DNA of 61,979 bases, counting the filler, from Chiloscyllium plagiosum (Eukaryota), in NCBI RefSeq assembly GCF_004010195.1. It is 3 parts of one record of this genome, joined end to end, with 100 filler letters (N's around TTAATTAATTAA, not from the genome) between each part and the next. Parts side by side here need not be neighbours in the genome. Positions count along the whole stretch, not along the records: positions 23,229 to 54,465 come from NC_057716.1; 2 more parts are not named here. One strand, 5' to 3'. Numbering within the stretch: the first letter of the stretch is position 1; each line of letters starts with the position of its first letter. A program made the position numbers and the translations under genes. The notes under the pieces were generated by a model, which was given only the letters and a program-made list of their open reading frames with translations, was not told where the DNA came from and ran no database searches. Shown piece after piece: positions 24,246 to 38,209 of the stretch.

Positions 24246-24319
24246 AGTGAACAGCTGTTAGTGGAGACTGCCGGTGACAAATAGTGAACAGCTGTTAGTG
24301 GAGACTGCCGGTGACAAAT
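24246..24319 (+). repeat. Perfect 37-bp tandem duplication
   Basis: AGTGAACAGCTGTTAGTGGAGACTGCCGGTGACAAAT x2. Confidence 0.95.
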
Positions 24320-24751
24320 CATAGGTGGCGTGTAGTCACGGGCTATGTGTTAGACAGGCTTTAGGGAGTCAAGAAAATCTCTGACTATGTCCTGCTCTTG
24401 TGGCCACAATGCTATATGGCTGCTAAAGTTAGCTTCTCAAAGACATTGTGACTTTCACTGCACCAAAGAAGGACTTTGGACCCATCTTGCAAATGTCCAT
24501 CATGAAGCAATGATCCATTGTCATCCCGTGTTTTTCAGAAATTGGTCTGGATCCTTAAGCGCTGTGGTACTACAAGTGATCAACGAAATATTTTCCTAAT
24601 TCAACCACCTCTAATGAAAAACTGTCACCAAACATATATTCCCCTTCCCGCCCTTGTCCGCCTTCCCCAGGAAACATTCCCTCCGATGTGCCTTCTCTCT
24701 CAACAGCTCCCCCTACAGCCCCATGGAAGCTTTCCCTAAAATTGCGGAATA

Positions 24752-24912
24752 TTAGATTACATTACATTACAGTGTGGAAACAGGCCCTTCGGCCCAACAA
24801 GTCCACACCAACCCGCCGAAGCGCAACCCACCATACCTCTACATTTACCCCTTACCTAACACTACAGGCAATTTAACATGGCCAATTCACCTGACCTGCA
24901 CATCTTTGGACT
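24752..24912 (-). mobile_element. HE1 SINE 3' half
   Basis: ATTAG/ATTAC tail repeats, CAGGCCCTTCGGCCCAAC, GGCCAATTCACCTGACCTGCACATCTTTGGACTG. Confidence 0.88.
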
Positions 24913-24934
24913 GAAATATGTGACACATCCATTC

Positions 24935-26520
24935 ATAGAACATGAGAACGAGGAGCAAGACTATGCCATATGGGCCTTGGAGACTGCTTCGCCATTCAAT
25001 AAGATCATGCCTGATTTTTCCATGGACATACATCCACTTAACCAACCTCTGAATATAATCATTACTTCCTTTAATATTCAAACAAAAATCAGCCCGAGCT
25101 TAAAAAAAAACATTTATTGATGTATCATCAACTACTTCGTTGGGCAAGCAGTTCCATAGAGTAACATCCCTCTGATTGAAGAAATTCCTTTTCAATTCAG
25201 TCCTAAATCGGCTCCATATAATCTTGAGGCTTTGCCATCTTGTTCTAGTTTCATCCGCCAATGGAAGCATGCTCTCTACTACAATCTCACACATGCCCTT
25301 CATAATTTTATATGTTCCCATAAGATCCGTCCTCATTCTTCTGAATTTTCGATATAATCCTATTCCACATAGTCTCCTGTCATCAGCGAACACCTTTAAA
25401 TCCGGAATTCCAACAGCCAGAATATTGCCCATTAACCCAATATTTCAATGTTCCTCTGCAAATTTTCACTGTCCTCTGCACACTTTGCTCAGCTACTCAC
25501 CTTTGTGTCAACCGCAGACATTGACACGATGCGCATGGCACCAATTTCCAAACCATTCATATAAGTTGTAAGTAATTGCGGTCCCAGTACCAATCCCTGA
25601 GGCACACTGTTGATGGTCAATAGAATAGCACTGATTTATTCCCGCTCTCCGCTTCCTGTTGCACAAACAATCCAGAATCCATTCTCACACTTTACCTTTA
25701 ACAGCATGCATCCGTTTGCTGTCGGCACCTTGTCGATGGCATTTTGAAAATCAAGGTACACCAATTCACTGGGTCCCGTTATGCACCATACTCATAATGC
25801 CATCATAGAATTCGAAAAGAGTTTGAAGGCATGACCTGTCCATCATTAACCCATGCTACCTCTGTCCAATTTCTGTCGAGATGCCCTGCTATTCCTTCCT
25901 CAATAATAGACTCAAGAAATGTCTGCACTACACAGGTTAAGTATACTTCTATAATGTCGACGAATGCGTCATGGTGGGTTGCGCTTCGGCGGTCGGTGTG
26001 AACTTGTTGGGCCGAAGGGCCTGTTTCGACACTGTAAGTAATCTGATCTTATTCCTCATATTTTGACTGACTCCCTTTTTAAACAGTGATGTCATATTTG
26101 TGTTTTCCAATCAGCTGGGACTGCCCCAGAGAACAACGATTTTTTAAAAAATACCGCCAGTGCCCTTCTTTTTAACACACCATCGTGTTTAATACCCTGC
26201 GATGCATTCCATCACGGCCTGGAGATGTAACCATCCTTTGCTAAATTATCTCTAACAATCCAACACTAGCTCTTTTGTTATAATGACTGTTCCCAGGTCG
26301 TCACCAACCATCATCACTTTGTCAATTGCTGGCATGTTATTAATATTCTCCACTGTGAAGACCGATGCAAATGCCTGTTCAATGTCACGGCTATTTCCGC
26401 ATATCCCATAAGTAAATGCTCCTTCTTATCCACGAAAGTGTCAACGTTTACTTTTGCCACTCTTTTTCATTTTATATTTTAACAGAAACTTCTGCTATCG
26501 ATCTTTATATTCTGTGCTAA
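24935..26520 (-). mobile_element. CR1 LINE ORF2 fragment (RT to 3' end), interrupted by an HE1 tail (+) at ~25970-26045
   Basis: Minus ORF 25100-25432 RTRWQSLKI...RNFFNQRDVTLWNCLP; VPQGLVLGP and LDFQNAIDKVP motifs. Confidence 0.85.
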
Positions 26521-26989
26521 TATTTAATGCCATGTTCTTTCTCTCATTTTCTCTGCATTAAATTCAATTTGCCAACTCTTAGCCTCGCCCTGCAGCATAC
26601 ATGTGTCCCTATGTAACCTACAATATCCTTCAGCACTATGCACAACTGAACCGAACTTAGTGTCGTCCGTAAATTTACTACCCCATCCTTCTCGGCCCCC
26701 ATCCAGGTTGTTTATAAAAAATGACAAAACGCTGTGAACTCAAAACAGATCGTTGTAGTACACCAAAAGCAACTGAATTCCAGGATGACGTTTTCCCATC
26801 AAGTATCATCCTCTGTCTTCTTTCAGCTGGCTAATTTCTGTTCCAAAGCACGAAATACTCCTCAAGACAATACCTCAGTATTTTGTGCAGTCACCTACCA
26901 TGGCGGAATTTATCAAACGGCTCACTGAAATCCAAACGTGCATTATATGAACGGCTTTATCCTCATCTATCTGTTGAGTCACCTGGCGA

Positions 26990-27850
26990 GTTTTCACAAG
27001 ATTTGTAGCTCAGGTTTAGCTTCCAGATGACGATTTGCTCTTTGAGCTGGAAGGCCCTCTTCCATACATTTCGTTACCCTCCTGGGTAACATCTTCAGAG
27101 GGCCTTCGGGCGACGTACTGTTCATGAGTTCTGCTTTCCATTTACATGTTTGGGGTTCTTTGGGTTGGTCATGTCAGTTCCTGTAGTGATTTCATTTCCT
27201 GTTCTTTTTCTCAGTGGGTTGTAGATGGGGTCTATCTCGATGTGCGTTTTGATAGATTTCCGGTTGGAATGCCATGCTTCTCGGAATTCTCGTGTCTGTC
27301 TTTGTTTCACTTGTGCTCGGAGGAATGCGTTGTCCAAGTCAAAGTGGTACCTTTCCATATCTGTGTGTAAGGATACCAGTGAGAGAGGGTCACGTCGTTT
27401 TGTGGCTAGTTGATGTTCATATATCCTGGTGTCTCGTGTTCTGCCTATATGTCCACATGTAAAACCTGATGACATTAACAAAATACCGCGCAAGAACTGT
27501 AACAAACACTACATTAGACAAACACGACAGTGGACTGAGACAATATATCCATCCTAGGACAAGCCAAACAGATGCATCCAGAAGAATTCCTCAAAGCATG
27601 GCATTCTGACAAGAAATCTACCAACAACCACTTCGAGCTCGACGCCATCGACGACCCCCTGAGGAAAAAGAACAGGAATGACATCACCAACGAAAATGAC
27701 ATCATCAACGCAAAGAAACCCAAACATACAAATAGAAAGCAGGAATCATGAACAGTGCTTCGCCTGGAGACCCACTGAAATTGTTACCTAGTTGGGTGAT
27801 GAAACGTCTGGAAATGAACTTTCCAATTCAGTGAGCAAACCGACACCTAG
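26990..27850. mobile_element. Penelope-like insertion with inverted 3' halves (minus ~26990-27455, plus ~27460-27850) inside CR1
   Basis: Minus ORF GHIGRTRDTRIYEHQLATKRRDPLSLVSLH..EAWHS; plus KIPRKNCNKHY; hammerhead-like motif in each arm. Confidence 0.88.
27061..27102 (-). ncRNA. Minimal hammerhead ribozyme motif
   Basis: Reverse strand CTGAAGA-T-GTTACCC-AGGA-GGGTAAC-GAAAT-GTA; 7-bp stem II. Confidence 0.6.
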
Positions 27851-30749
27851 TTTAATGACCTACTCAAAGAACTTAATAATGTTTGTGAGACTCGACCTCC
27901 CATTCACAAAATCGGCTTGACTGTCCCTCATAAACTTATTCCAATCGAGATGATTACAAATCTTATCTCTTAGAACTTTTCCAACACTTTACCCACAACC
28001 GACGGAAAGGTCAATGGTCTATAATTTCCATGGTTTTCTCGACTTCCCTTCTTAAATGAGGGAACAACGTTTCCTATCCTGTAGTGTTCTGGTACTATAC
28101 CTTTGGACAATGACAACATAAAGATCAAAGTCGAAGGCTCGGAAATCAGATTCTTGGTTTCCCAGAGAATCCTTGGATAAATCCCATCCGGCCCACGGGA
28201 ACATATATATTTTCACATTTTCAGAGTTTGTAACACCTCGTCCCTGGGAACTTCAATCCGATCTCGTCTAGGAGCCTGTTTCTCAGTATTGTCCTCGACA
28301 ACATTTTGTTTTTCCAGTGCGAATTCTGACGAAAGATATTGCTTTTGCGCTTCCCTCATGACTTCTGACTCCACGTACTACTTACCAAGACTGTCCTTCA
28401 TTGGTCATATTTTATTCCAATGATTGTTTTAATCCTTATATATCTATGGAGAGCTTTAGGATTTTCCCTCATCCTATCTGTTAACAAATTCTCAGCTCCT
28501 CTCTTGGCTCATCTTCAGTCTCTCCTCAGGACTTTCCTGTTTAACTTGTAACTCTCAATGGCCCGAACTGAGCCTTCACATCTCATGCTAACACAAGCCT
28601 TCTTCATCTTAACAAGAGATTCAACTTCCGTAGTAATCATGACTCCTGCGCTTGACAATTTCCTCCCTCTCTGACAGGGACATAGTTATCAAAGACACAC
28701 AGAACCTGCTCCTTGAATCAGCTCCACTTTTCTATTCTGCCCATTCCCTGCCGTTACCTTGCCCAACCTGTGCAAGCGTAATCTTATCTAATCGCATTGC
28801 AATTTTCTTTCCCCCAGCAGTAACGCTTGCCCACCGGTGTATTACTATCCCATTGAAAAGCTCAAGTAAACATAACTGAATTTTGATAACTTTTACCAAA
28901 GTGCTCACCTACCGCCAAATCAAACACCTTGCCGTGTACATTACCCAGCATCAAATCTAATTTGACCTCTCCCCTTGTTGGCCTGTTCTATTGCACAGTA
29001 TTTAAAGAATTTATCGTAGATACTCAATACTCTCCTCGTCAATGCTACCCTGACTGAGCTGCTTCGACCGATTGACATGTTGTTGAAAATCCTGCTTGAG
29101 AATTGCCATAGCATTTTTTCAGGTGTAATTTATGCCTTTGTTTACTGCCCTCCCCAATGTGATCTTAAAATATGGAGGCGGATAGACTCCGACAATCAGT
29201 GACATTTTCTTCTTAGAACTTCTACTTTCCTCTCAAATGGATTCAACCTTATTCTCAATAGAACGTATATCATCTGTCAGCATAGGTCTGAGGTTGTCCT
29301 TGAATGTATGAGTTACACCACCTTCCTGTCCTTCCAAATTGTCTCATGCCCGTGAATATTTCCCTCCCAATCTTGACTATGCTGTCTCCATGCCTCTGCA
29401 ATGTCTACTACATCGTATTTGTTCGTGATAATTTATGTCGTTATATCTCCAACCTTCTTCCGAAATGTACGAGCATTCAGGTATAGTGCCTTTATGGTCG
29501 CTTTCTTACCCATTGATTAACAGCATCTCGAATACTATCTTCTACGCTATCCTTTCTTCATGCTTCTTGCTTCTCCTCACTTGTCCATTTCTGAACTCCC
29601 TGCTTAGTACACAAGTGCTCAAATACACCTTCCACGTGAAGCAACATTTTCCCTACACTTTGCACAATCCAGTCGAATAGATTCGCTGCTCTTATTGTGG
29701 TCGCCACCACCTTGGGAAATGAAGTGTGGACCGAATGACCGTTTTGCCAAATACCATGTTCTATCGCCAAAAATGTCCCTGAGCTTCAAGTTGACTGCTC
29801 CTTTCGCAAAGAACCATGTTTCCAAGCCAACGTCTCTATCTCAGGCTTACTGCAGTGTTCCACCATAGCTCAGCGCATGCTGTAAAAGCAACAGACGATT
29901 TTCTGCTTGAGGATCCCGCAACCCTCCATATCAATTTCAGTCATATCAGAGGCCTGCTGTCTCCCATATCCTGGCCCCCGACACACCCCCAGGCCTAGTT
30001 ATAGCAAAGCAGCCATTATACACTACCTATGGTTAGTCATAAACAGTCTCTATGAACAGTTGTTAATGCTCCAAACAAATCATTATCAATTCCTATGCCC
30101 AACTGTTAGTTTCTCTCTTTCGGCTCTATCCCGAAATCTTGTTTCCTCCGAATTACTGCACCCCATCATATCTTCTGCATGTATACGAAAATTTTCCTGG
30201 AAACCATCAGTGCTAAGGACGGCGTCACTGGACCGAAAATGTAATCTCCGATTTGTCTTTCCAACATCTTTTGGTCTTGCCCCTGAGGAAGCTTGATACT
30301 GTGCTTGTGTAATGACCGCCTGCACATAAGTCACAACTGTGTTAATCCATAAAAGTTCTCTTGTTGATGAATCGCATTATAATGTGAGCCATTGGCATCG
30401 ATTTCGGAGGTTAATAAATATAGAAATCATGTGCTTGGATTTGTGCCGCAGTTCTGTTCTGGATATGGTAAACAACAGAGAGCAAAATCTCCGTCATGTC
30501 AGATGCGAACAGATAGGAATCTCCACAAGCGGTGGAATTCACTGAATGATTTTCAGTTAGAGAAAATTCAAACAATTTCTCACTATAATACCCTGTGCCT
30601 ATCAAAGCAAAGTGTTTTATAACCACAAAGACTTAATACAGCGTTTTTGAATTAAATTATCTGAATGATCTCCCTCCAGTGTGACAGTACAGTTGTGTCA
30701 GCAAATGGGATAACTGAGTGAATCACTTTACTTGTTCAGCTAGTGATCA

Positions 30750-32025
30750 TTCCTCTTGTGGTAAGATATAGGGGCAGAATTCAGGAAGAGAGATGGAAAG
30801 GTTCCAAAGAAGTGCGATATAGCGACTGAGGAAGTGTTCTTGGTTCTGACCGGCTTGAAGTGAGCATATTCCCAAATCAGGACGTACTTGTATCTTATGT
30901 TCCTCTCTGTGACAAGGGAGGAAATTGCAGGTGTTCTGAGCAATGTTTTACTTTCCTCTTGGGGTTTGTAGTGGACTGAACTAACGCAGTTCAACTTCCA
31001 GCAAGATTGGGAGAGATAAACCAGAGAATCACACAGCAGTGAGTCTCACATCAGTTAAAGGGTACCTTTTGGAGCAAACCCTGAAGGAGAGAGTTAACGC
31101 CACTTGTCCATGCAAGGTTTCATCAGGAAGAGTCATCACGGTTTTGTTACAGAATGTCATGCCGAACAGATTGGATNNNNNNNNNNNNNNNNNNNNNNNN
31201 NNNNNNNNNNNNNNNNNNNNNNNNNNNNNNNNNNNNNNNNNNNNNNNNNNNNNNNNNNNNNNNNNNNNNNNNNNNNNNNNNNNNNNNNNNNNNNNNNNNN
31301 NNNNTGAGAAGCAGAGTTGTCGATGATACGAATATTAGCAAAGTGGTTAATAGTGAGGAAGAAGGTCTTAGGATGGAGGAGCTCAGAGATGGATTTGTCA
31401 AATGTCAAATTCAGATAGGGGATGTTGAAACTAACCATGAAAAACGTGAGGTGATGCACATTGGAAGTAACACATGAACGGATGACTCAATGAATGGCAG
31501 GACACGCGGAAACCCAGAGGAACACGGAGACTTTGCATGTTGGGCCACAAGTCCGTCAAGGCAGCAGAACATCGTGACAATCACAACTTTATCAGTAAAG
31601 GCAAAATTTATAAAAGCAGATAAAATGGTGTCACAAGTAGACAAAATGGTGAAGAAAGTACGTGGCACGCTTTTTGTCATTCGTCAGAAAGTCGATTATC
31701 CAAGTTGGAATGTCATGTTGTGGCGATATAGAGCATTGGTGAGATCACATTTAGAATACTGATTGCAATTATGGTCAACTTCTACAGGAAGGATTTTGTG
31801 AAAATTGAAACTGTCCACGAATGGTTTACAAGGATTTTGCGGGGACCTGAGAGCTGGATTTAAGCGTGGAGATGGGGTAGGCAGGAGCTTTTTAGCTGGA
31901 ATGTTCCAGGCAGCGCGTAAGGTTCTCACCGTTTATAAAATCTTGGCGGGTATGGATAGGCAACTGGCCTAAATCGTTTGCGGAGAATGGTGAAGTTCAA
32001 AACTAGAGGGCACAGAGTTGCATGA
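30750..32025 (+). mobile_element. Degenerate CR1 ORF2 fragment
   Basis: SLTSV, SHHGF, DDTNISKVV, LVRSHLEY*LQLWS. Confidence 0.8.
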
Positions 32026-32656
32026 CTGAAGGAGGTGACTGCTCCTGCTTTCGACCAAGAACGTTTCATCCCTTTCGTCCCAAGAACAAGTGCCAAAGCC
32101 AAATACTGGCAATCTGATATATATTAAAAACACAGAAAACGCTGGAAGTATGCAGCTTGTCTGGCAGCTTCTGAAAGTGTGGTAGAGGTCAACGCCATCA
32201 CAAACTGATTGTCTTTACTTTGTATTCACGGTAACTAATGCCCAAGTCACAACTCATTCAGACACATTTTCTCATCTTTAAAAGGTTTGCACGCTTTCAG
32301 TTTACTGATAAACGTTTTGTCAATTAATTCCGTACTGCCTGGAAAACCGTTTAAAGTTGTATGCAAAATGTTGCAAACGGTCATATCAGACAAAATGAGG
32401 TGTCACGTGAAGTAATATGTGTTTTATTCAGGAAAGCTAAAATAGAATTGTTCATAGAAAATTGTGGGGAACTGTCTGCCGATTGTTTTGATGAGGTAAG
32501 AAGAAGTCTCGATGATGCGAATCCAAAACGATCAGATAGATGTAGATTGGCAAAACAAAAGGCAAAGATTCTGTGAGACCGCTGTGCATGAAACCTGGGC
32601 ATGAAGGAATATAAGGGATAGTAGCAATATTGATCATACATTGGCTGCGTGAAAGG

Positions 32657-32787
32657 TTACTGATGAAGGGTGCCTGCCTGAAACTTTGATTTTCATGCTC
32701 CTTGGATGCTGCGTGACCTGCTGTGCTTTTGAGAACCACTCTAATGCTGACTCTGATCTCCAGCAGGTGCAGTCCTCACTTTCACCT
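32657..32787 (+). mobile_element. Short Penelope-related repeat with hammerhead-like motif
   Basis: CTGATGA-AGGGT-GCCT-GCCT-GAAACTTT followed by family body GGATGCTGC.TGACCTGCTGTGCTTTT. Confidence 0.75.
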
Positions 32788-34014
32788 GCGGGAAAGGGAA
32801 CAGAGCTATCATTAACAATTGTTTTTTGAACTGGAGCAATTTTTCATCGAATTTTGAGCGTTGGGGTGTGGACGTTCTGTATAGATTAGTTTAGCCCAAC
32901 AGCATTCTCTGATTTATCAGAGCCCCCAGCGCCCCCATGAGTTTCTATGATTGGTTGGAGAACCAGTGCCTTCAGCTTGGTCCTGTAGGTCCATCTCTTC
33001 TTCGCTTTTCGAAATTATGTGTCATCAGTTGGGATGGGTCCTGCAGCATGCATGGGGTTAACATGAACTGTGAGCATGCTTGCGGCGATCGATCATTTGA
33101 ACGAAATGTTGTTGTCTCCATTGGACAGTCGGTGAGTGAGGTCTAAACGGGAGCGAAGCGCCAGGTGCTATACCCCAGTTAGAGCTTTCATGTTTGGTCA
33201 TTAAATGATTCTGGACCCAAACGTACTGTATCTGGGGTCACGAATTAAGCCACAGAGAGCCTGAGTCTTCTTCCCAGAAGCATGCCCCGGTCAGTGATCG
33301 CTATTCCTGGTTCAGTTTTATTTTGTTTTTTTTTTAATTTATCAGGCCACTGTTGGTTTATCTATCTTTAGTGTGAATAGAGCTGAAAATGAATGATATT
33401 GTTTGAAATCATTGCTGTGGTCCATGAGTATATTGTGTTGTTGGGAGACGCTTGGGTGTGTATTAGTGACTGGGATTGATGGGAAAGTGTACCCCATGAA
33501 CACCTCTGTCCCTTACCTGACTGTAAATGTGTCAGACACGGAAAGAATGGAGCAGGAAGTGGAGGGACAGGACTCCTGAGCACGATAGCGGGTCGCGGGA
33601 GTTTTGGAATTTGGGGTCATTCGTTGCCAATCCCTCAACAAAAATCCGACCCATTGTTTTTCTCACTGCTCCCCTTCCCCACCCTTTCCTACCACTCCCT
33701 CCACCCAGTATCAGCAACATTTTAAAGACGTTTACTTATTTCATACATACTATGACGCTTTTGTCAGAACATGCAGTATTTTGAGAACTGGAATGAAATT
33801 GAGATACAGAACAGCCAGTGTACGAACCTCAAAAATTACTTTGCACCTCCTCGAACTGCTGAAGTTCGTATGCTAAAATTGCTCCCCGATTGCTGTTTGG
33901 TAAGTATTTACAGGATTATTTTTAAAACCCAGATAATGTGTTACTGATATCTGTGACAGTTAAAAGCAATTGTTTTTTTAATATCCCATCTTTAACAGAA
34001 TGGAGGAATGAAAA

Positions 34015-35720
34015 CTTAGAACAGGACTGGCTTATTGTAATGTTTCATCCTTCTCCTTAATTCAGTCTGATCTTGGCTGATCATTCCGCACAGTGACCTG
34101 CTAACTCTTTAGGCCTACACCTTTTCATCCCTCTTGCCCTCAAAACTATAGATATCTTCATCTTGTCAACATTCCACGTTCTGGCTTTAATTACTTCCTG
34201 TGGCAGCAAATTTCACTGAGTACACAGTCTTCGATTAAAAAAACAAAATGCTCATCTCAGTTTCAAATGGACTACCCCATGTTATTAGGAGTGATGCCAA
34301 CTCCCCACCCTCTATGATTTGGACGCCCTCGTATTTGAAATCATCCTTCCTTCATTTACCTTATTCGTACCATTTAGAATTTTATTCGTTTCTGTGACAT
34401 CCTACTTCATCATTCTAAACTTGAGTGATTTTCATCCTAACGAATCCTCATACGTCAGTCCTGCCATCCCATGAATCAGTCTGGTAAATCTTTGTTCTGC
34501 GTTCTCCATATGGACAATATTCTTCATCAGATAAGTGCACACAACACTCTAGGTTGTGGTGTCAACGAGACCCTGCACAATTCAGCAAGTCTTCCCTGCT
34601 CCTGTGTTCAAATCCTCTCAATCCAAAGGCTAATACATCGTTTGCCTTCCTCACCTGCTGCTGCGCCTGCATGCTTACGTTCCGCAATTTGAGTACAAGA
34701 AGACAAGATCTCCTTTCCTAGTTTACTTTCGTAATTTTATGCTGGTTCTGTCCAATCCAGTTACTGTTTTTCAGTGTTAGGCTAACTTTTCTGTCATTCC
34801 ATGTTTTCTCGCTACTTCCTCTTATAAATATTGAGGTCACATTAACTGACCTCCAATCCATAGATATTCGATAGAATATTGGAATATGACAATTAATTTA
34901 CTCTAGTTAGACTCCACACTCTAGTTACAGAAAGCATTCACTGCATTTAGGGTACACTGGTGTTTGATTCGCAGTTGGTAGAATTTACTGTCTTTTAATC
35001 TCATCAATTCCCACAACACCAACTCCCTGATAATACTGTTTTCCTTCAGTTCCTCCCTCTCCTTTTCTTCCCAGCATTTTAGCAATATTACTTGTGTCAT
35101 CATTTGTGTTAACGTAACTAATATACATATTTATTTGGTATGCCATATATTTATCCCACCTTATAACATCATCTGTTTCCCATTGGAAGGGATTTGTTTG
35201 CAATAATCGTTTTTTTTTTTCTCCCTTCATATACCTTCAGGAGCTTTAACAATTCATTATATGCTTCTCTCAAGCTGACTGTTAAACGCAATTTTCGCTC
35301 TGCATTAATTCTTTCTTCAACTTGTGCTGATATCTGAACGGCTCCCAGTCGCAATACCTGCTGCTATTTTCAGCCAATTTGTAAGCCTCCTCCTTGAGTA
35401 CAGTACGATGCCCTAATATCCCTTGTTTGCCATGACATGGCCACGTTTCACGTTTGCTTTGTTTCAGACAGGAGCGAGAAGCAGTTGCAGTTCCTGCAAA
35501 TGCTTTTTAAGTGCTTGTCCTCCCCTTAAGTTCTGTTCCCCAATTCGTTGTACCCTGCTCAAGCTTCATATCAGTGTCATTTCTTCTATTTAGATTTCGG
35601 CTCATAATCTCAGTCAGCTCAATCACTCTCCACCGTAATGAAGAGATCTCTCACTGATTCCTTCACTCTTCCATTAGGCACAGCATAGTGATAGATTGTC
35701 AATTACTCCTTGTCATATAT
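34015..35720 (-). mobile_element. Old CR1 fragments
   Basis: CR1 3' tail at ~34015 and RT/linker remnants on the reverse strand. Confidence 0.65.
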
Positions 35721-36104
35721 ACAAATAAAGCTTTGAAATCAAAGTTGACATATTCCCCGGCCTGCTGTCTCATTAGCGAGAGAGAGAGAGAGAGAGATCG
35801 CACGAGTTGACTGATGGATTGAGAATGGGGGTACTTCATGAGGCCAGTACGAGAACTGTGCACATGCTGTTGCTGTCATTCTTCATCGTAATCTCGTCGA
35901 ACAGCCAAATAAATTAATCCACCAATGGCCAGTAAACAGTACGTAATCGAGGGTGTTCTGTCCTCCATTTATGCACTTAATATAGCGACTCAGAAAAACA
36001 TCTCATACATTCACCAGGTACGTCTCCTCCATTGTATTGTTACTGATCTGACTTACTCAGTCTATGGGCAGATTGAAGTCACATGCAATAGCGAGAAGGC
36101 CATC

Positions 36105-38170
36105 AGATAAAGGAGCAGAATTAGGCCATTCAACTTATCGAGACCTCTCCATTATTTGGTCATGGTTGATATGTTTCTCAACCTCATTCTTCTGCTTTCT
36201 TCCATCTCCTGTAACTGTTGATCCCCTCATCAATCAGGGGCTTATCTATGTCTATCTTGAATATTCGCAATGACTTGGCAAAAAGTTCCAAAGAATTACT
36301 ACCCTCTTGCTGAAGAACCTCCTCTGCATCTCACTTCAAATGGCAATCCTTTCTCTCTGAGACTGTGCAATCGGCTCCTGGTCTCTCGTGCTAGTTGAAA
36401 AACCTTTTCACAGCCACTTTAATTACACCTCTCCTGAAACTTCTAAACTGCATCTAGTACAGCCCCCCGAGTTTTCCACATGTTATGACAAGCATTTCTT
36501 CCCCCCGGGATCATTCTTTTAAACATTCTTCGGACCCTCTCCAATGTCAGCACATCTTCTGGAATATTGTGTACAGTTCTGGTTTCCTCGTTATGAGAAG
36601 GATTGTATTAAATTGGAGAGGGTTCAGAAAGTATTTACCAGGATGATGTCATGAATGGAAGCCTTCTGTTATTAAAATAGGCTGCAGTTTCTTTCACTGG
36701 AGCAGTGTACTTCAACGTATGGTCTTATAGAGATTTGTAAAATCACGAACAGCATAAATAAGATTACTATCAAACGTGAGGGTGTTCGAATCTAGGCGCA
36801 TATTTTTAAAGTACGAGAAGGAAGATTTATAAAGGACACGAGGGGCAGCTTTTGTTTTACACACTTTGGTCAGTGTGTGCAATAAACCTCTAGAGGAAGT
36901 GATGGATGCAAGTACAGTTAAATTATTTAAAAGTCATTTGGATAAGTAGTTGATTAGGAATATATTGGAGGTATATGGGCCAAGTGCAGGCAGGCGGATC
37001 TATTTTAATTTGGAAATGTGTTCTGCATGGTATATATGGAGTGAATGGTCTGTTAAACTGCTGTATTATGACTCTGACTCTACCCTTAGATATCGGCCTA
37101 ACTTCTTGCAATATTCCAAATGCGGTCTGACCACAACTATATAAATGCTCATCTGGACATCTCTGCTCCTGTATTCGAGGCCCCTTGGTATAAATTATAA
37201 AATTGAATTTTCCTTTCTTAATTCCAACTGAAACTGCCTAATCTTGGGCTCCCAAATCACTTTGCCCTTCGGATTTCTAACGGCTTTCATGAACAGAAAT
37301 TAGTCGAAGCCTGCCTTCTTCCTCTCATATTGCATAACCAGACAGATCCCATATTGTATTCCATTTGCTAATTCTTTGACCACTCTCTGCGCCTGCCCAG
37401 GTCCTGCTTTCTTGACACGACCTGTCTCTCCAACTTCGTTTATGTCAACTGCAAATGTAGCGACAATGCAATCTGACCCTTTGTCCAGATGTTTAATGTA
37501 TAACGTGAATAGTTATGCTCTCAACACCGATCGCCAGTGGCTGCCATCTTGTAAAGGACCCCTCTGTTCTCACTCAGCCTGTCAACCAATCCCCTCCTTG
37601 TCACGAACAGCATGTTCTTATCTTATTTAGCAGTCTGCAGTATGACACCTTATCACAGCACTTATAAGTATTGAATTAGATCACAGCCACTGGCTCTGCT
37701 TTGTCTTACTTGCTTGGTACTTCCTCAAAGAGATCTAGCATAGCTGTCAGACATGACGTCCAATTGATGAAGACATGCAGACTTTGCTCTATTTTACCAT
37801 CCATTTCGAAGTACTGTGCAACACTGCCGTTCGCATGGCCGACAGCAGTCTGTGTCTGCCTCTCCCCTTTCTTTCAGCAGGGGTGTTGCATTTAAAAATT
37901 TCCGGTCATCTGGGACCCACCCTGACGCCGATGACTACTGACTGATCACCACCAATGCCTCCACAATCTCCTCAGCAATCTCCTTCAGAAATCGGGGATG
38001 CAGTCCATCTGGTCTCAGTGATTTAATTCCTTCAAACCTTGCAGCTTCCCCGGCATCTTCGGGTTAGTGTTGTCATTTCATTCACTTCATCCCTATGCGT
38101 CTCTTAATTCACGTATTTTGTCGTATTCCACTGTGAAAACTGATGCAATGAACGTGCTCACCTGCACCAT
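36105..38170 (-). mobile_element. CR1 LINE (3' end to RT), with a plus-strand CR1 3' fragment nested at ~36560-37075
   Basis: Tail AGGAGCAGAATTAGGCCATTC; nested piece starts at EYCVQFW and ends in ATGACTCT-type repeats; the host element resumes at ~37080. Confidence 0.8.
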
Positions 38171-38209
38171 TACGTCTTCTTCAGTGCTCCAATTTGCACT
38201 CTTCCCTCT

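Larger units (their letters stand above)
26545..30310 (-). mobile_element. Long decayed CR1 LINE (ORF1, EN, RT), 3' part lost
   Basis: Minus strand FINNLD..SKFTDDTK, GPDGIYPR, NYRPLT, and ORF1 remnants near 29900-30300. Confidence 0.85.

Noticed and set aside
24246..24319. 37-bp repeat as a CRISPR array
   Set aside because: Two adjacent copies with no spacer, in eukaryotic DNA
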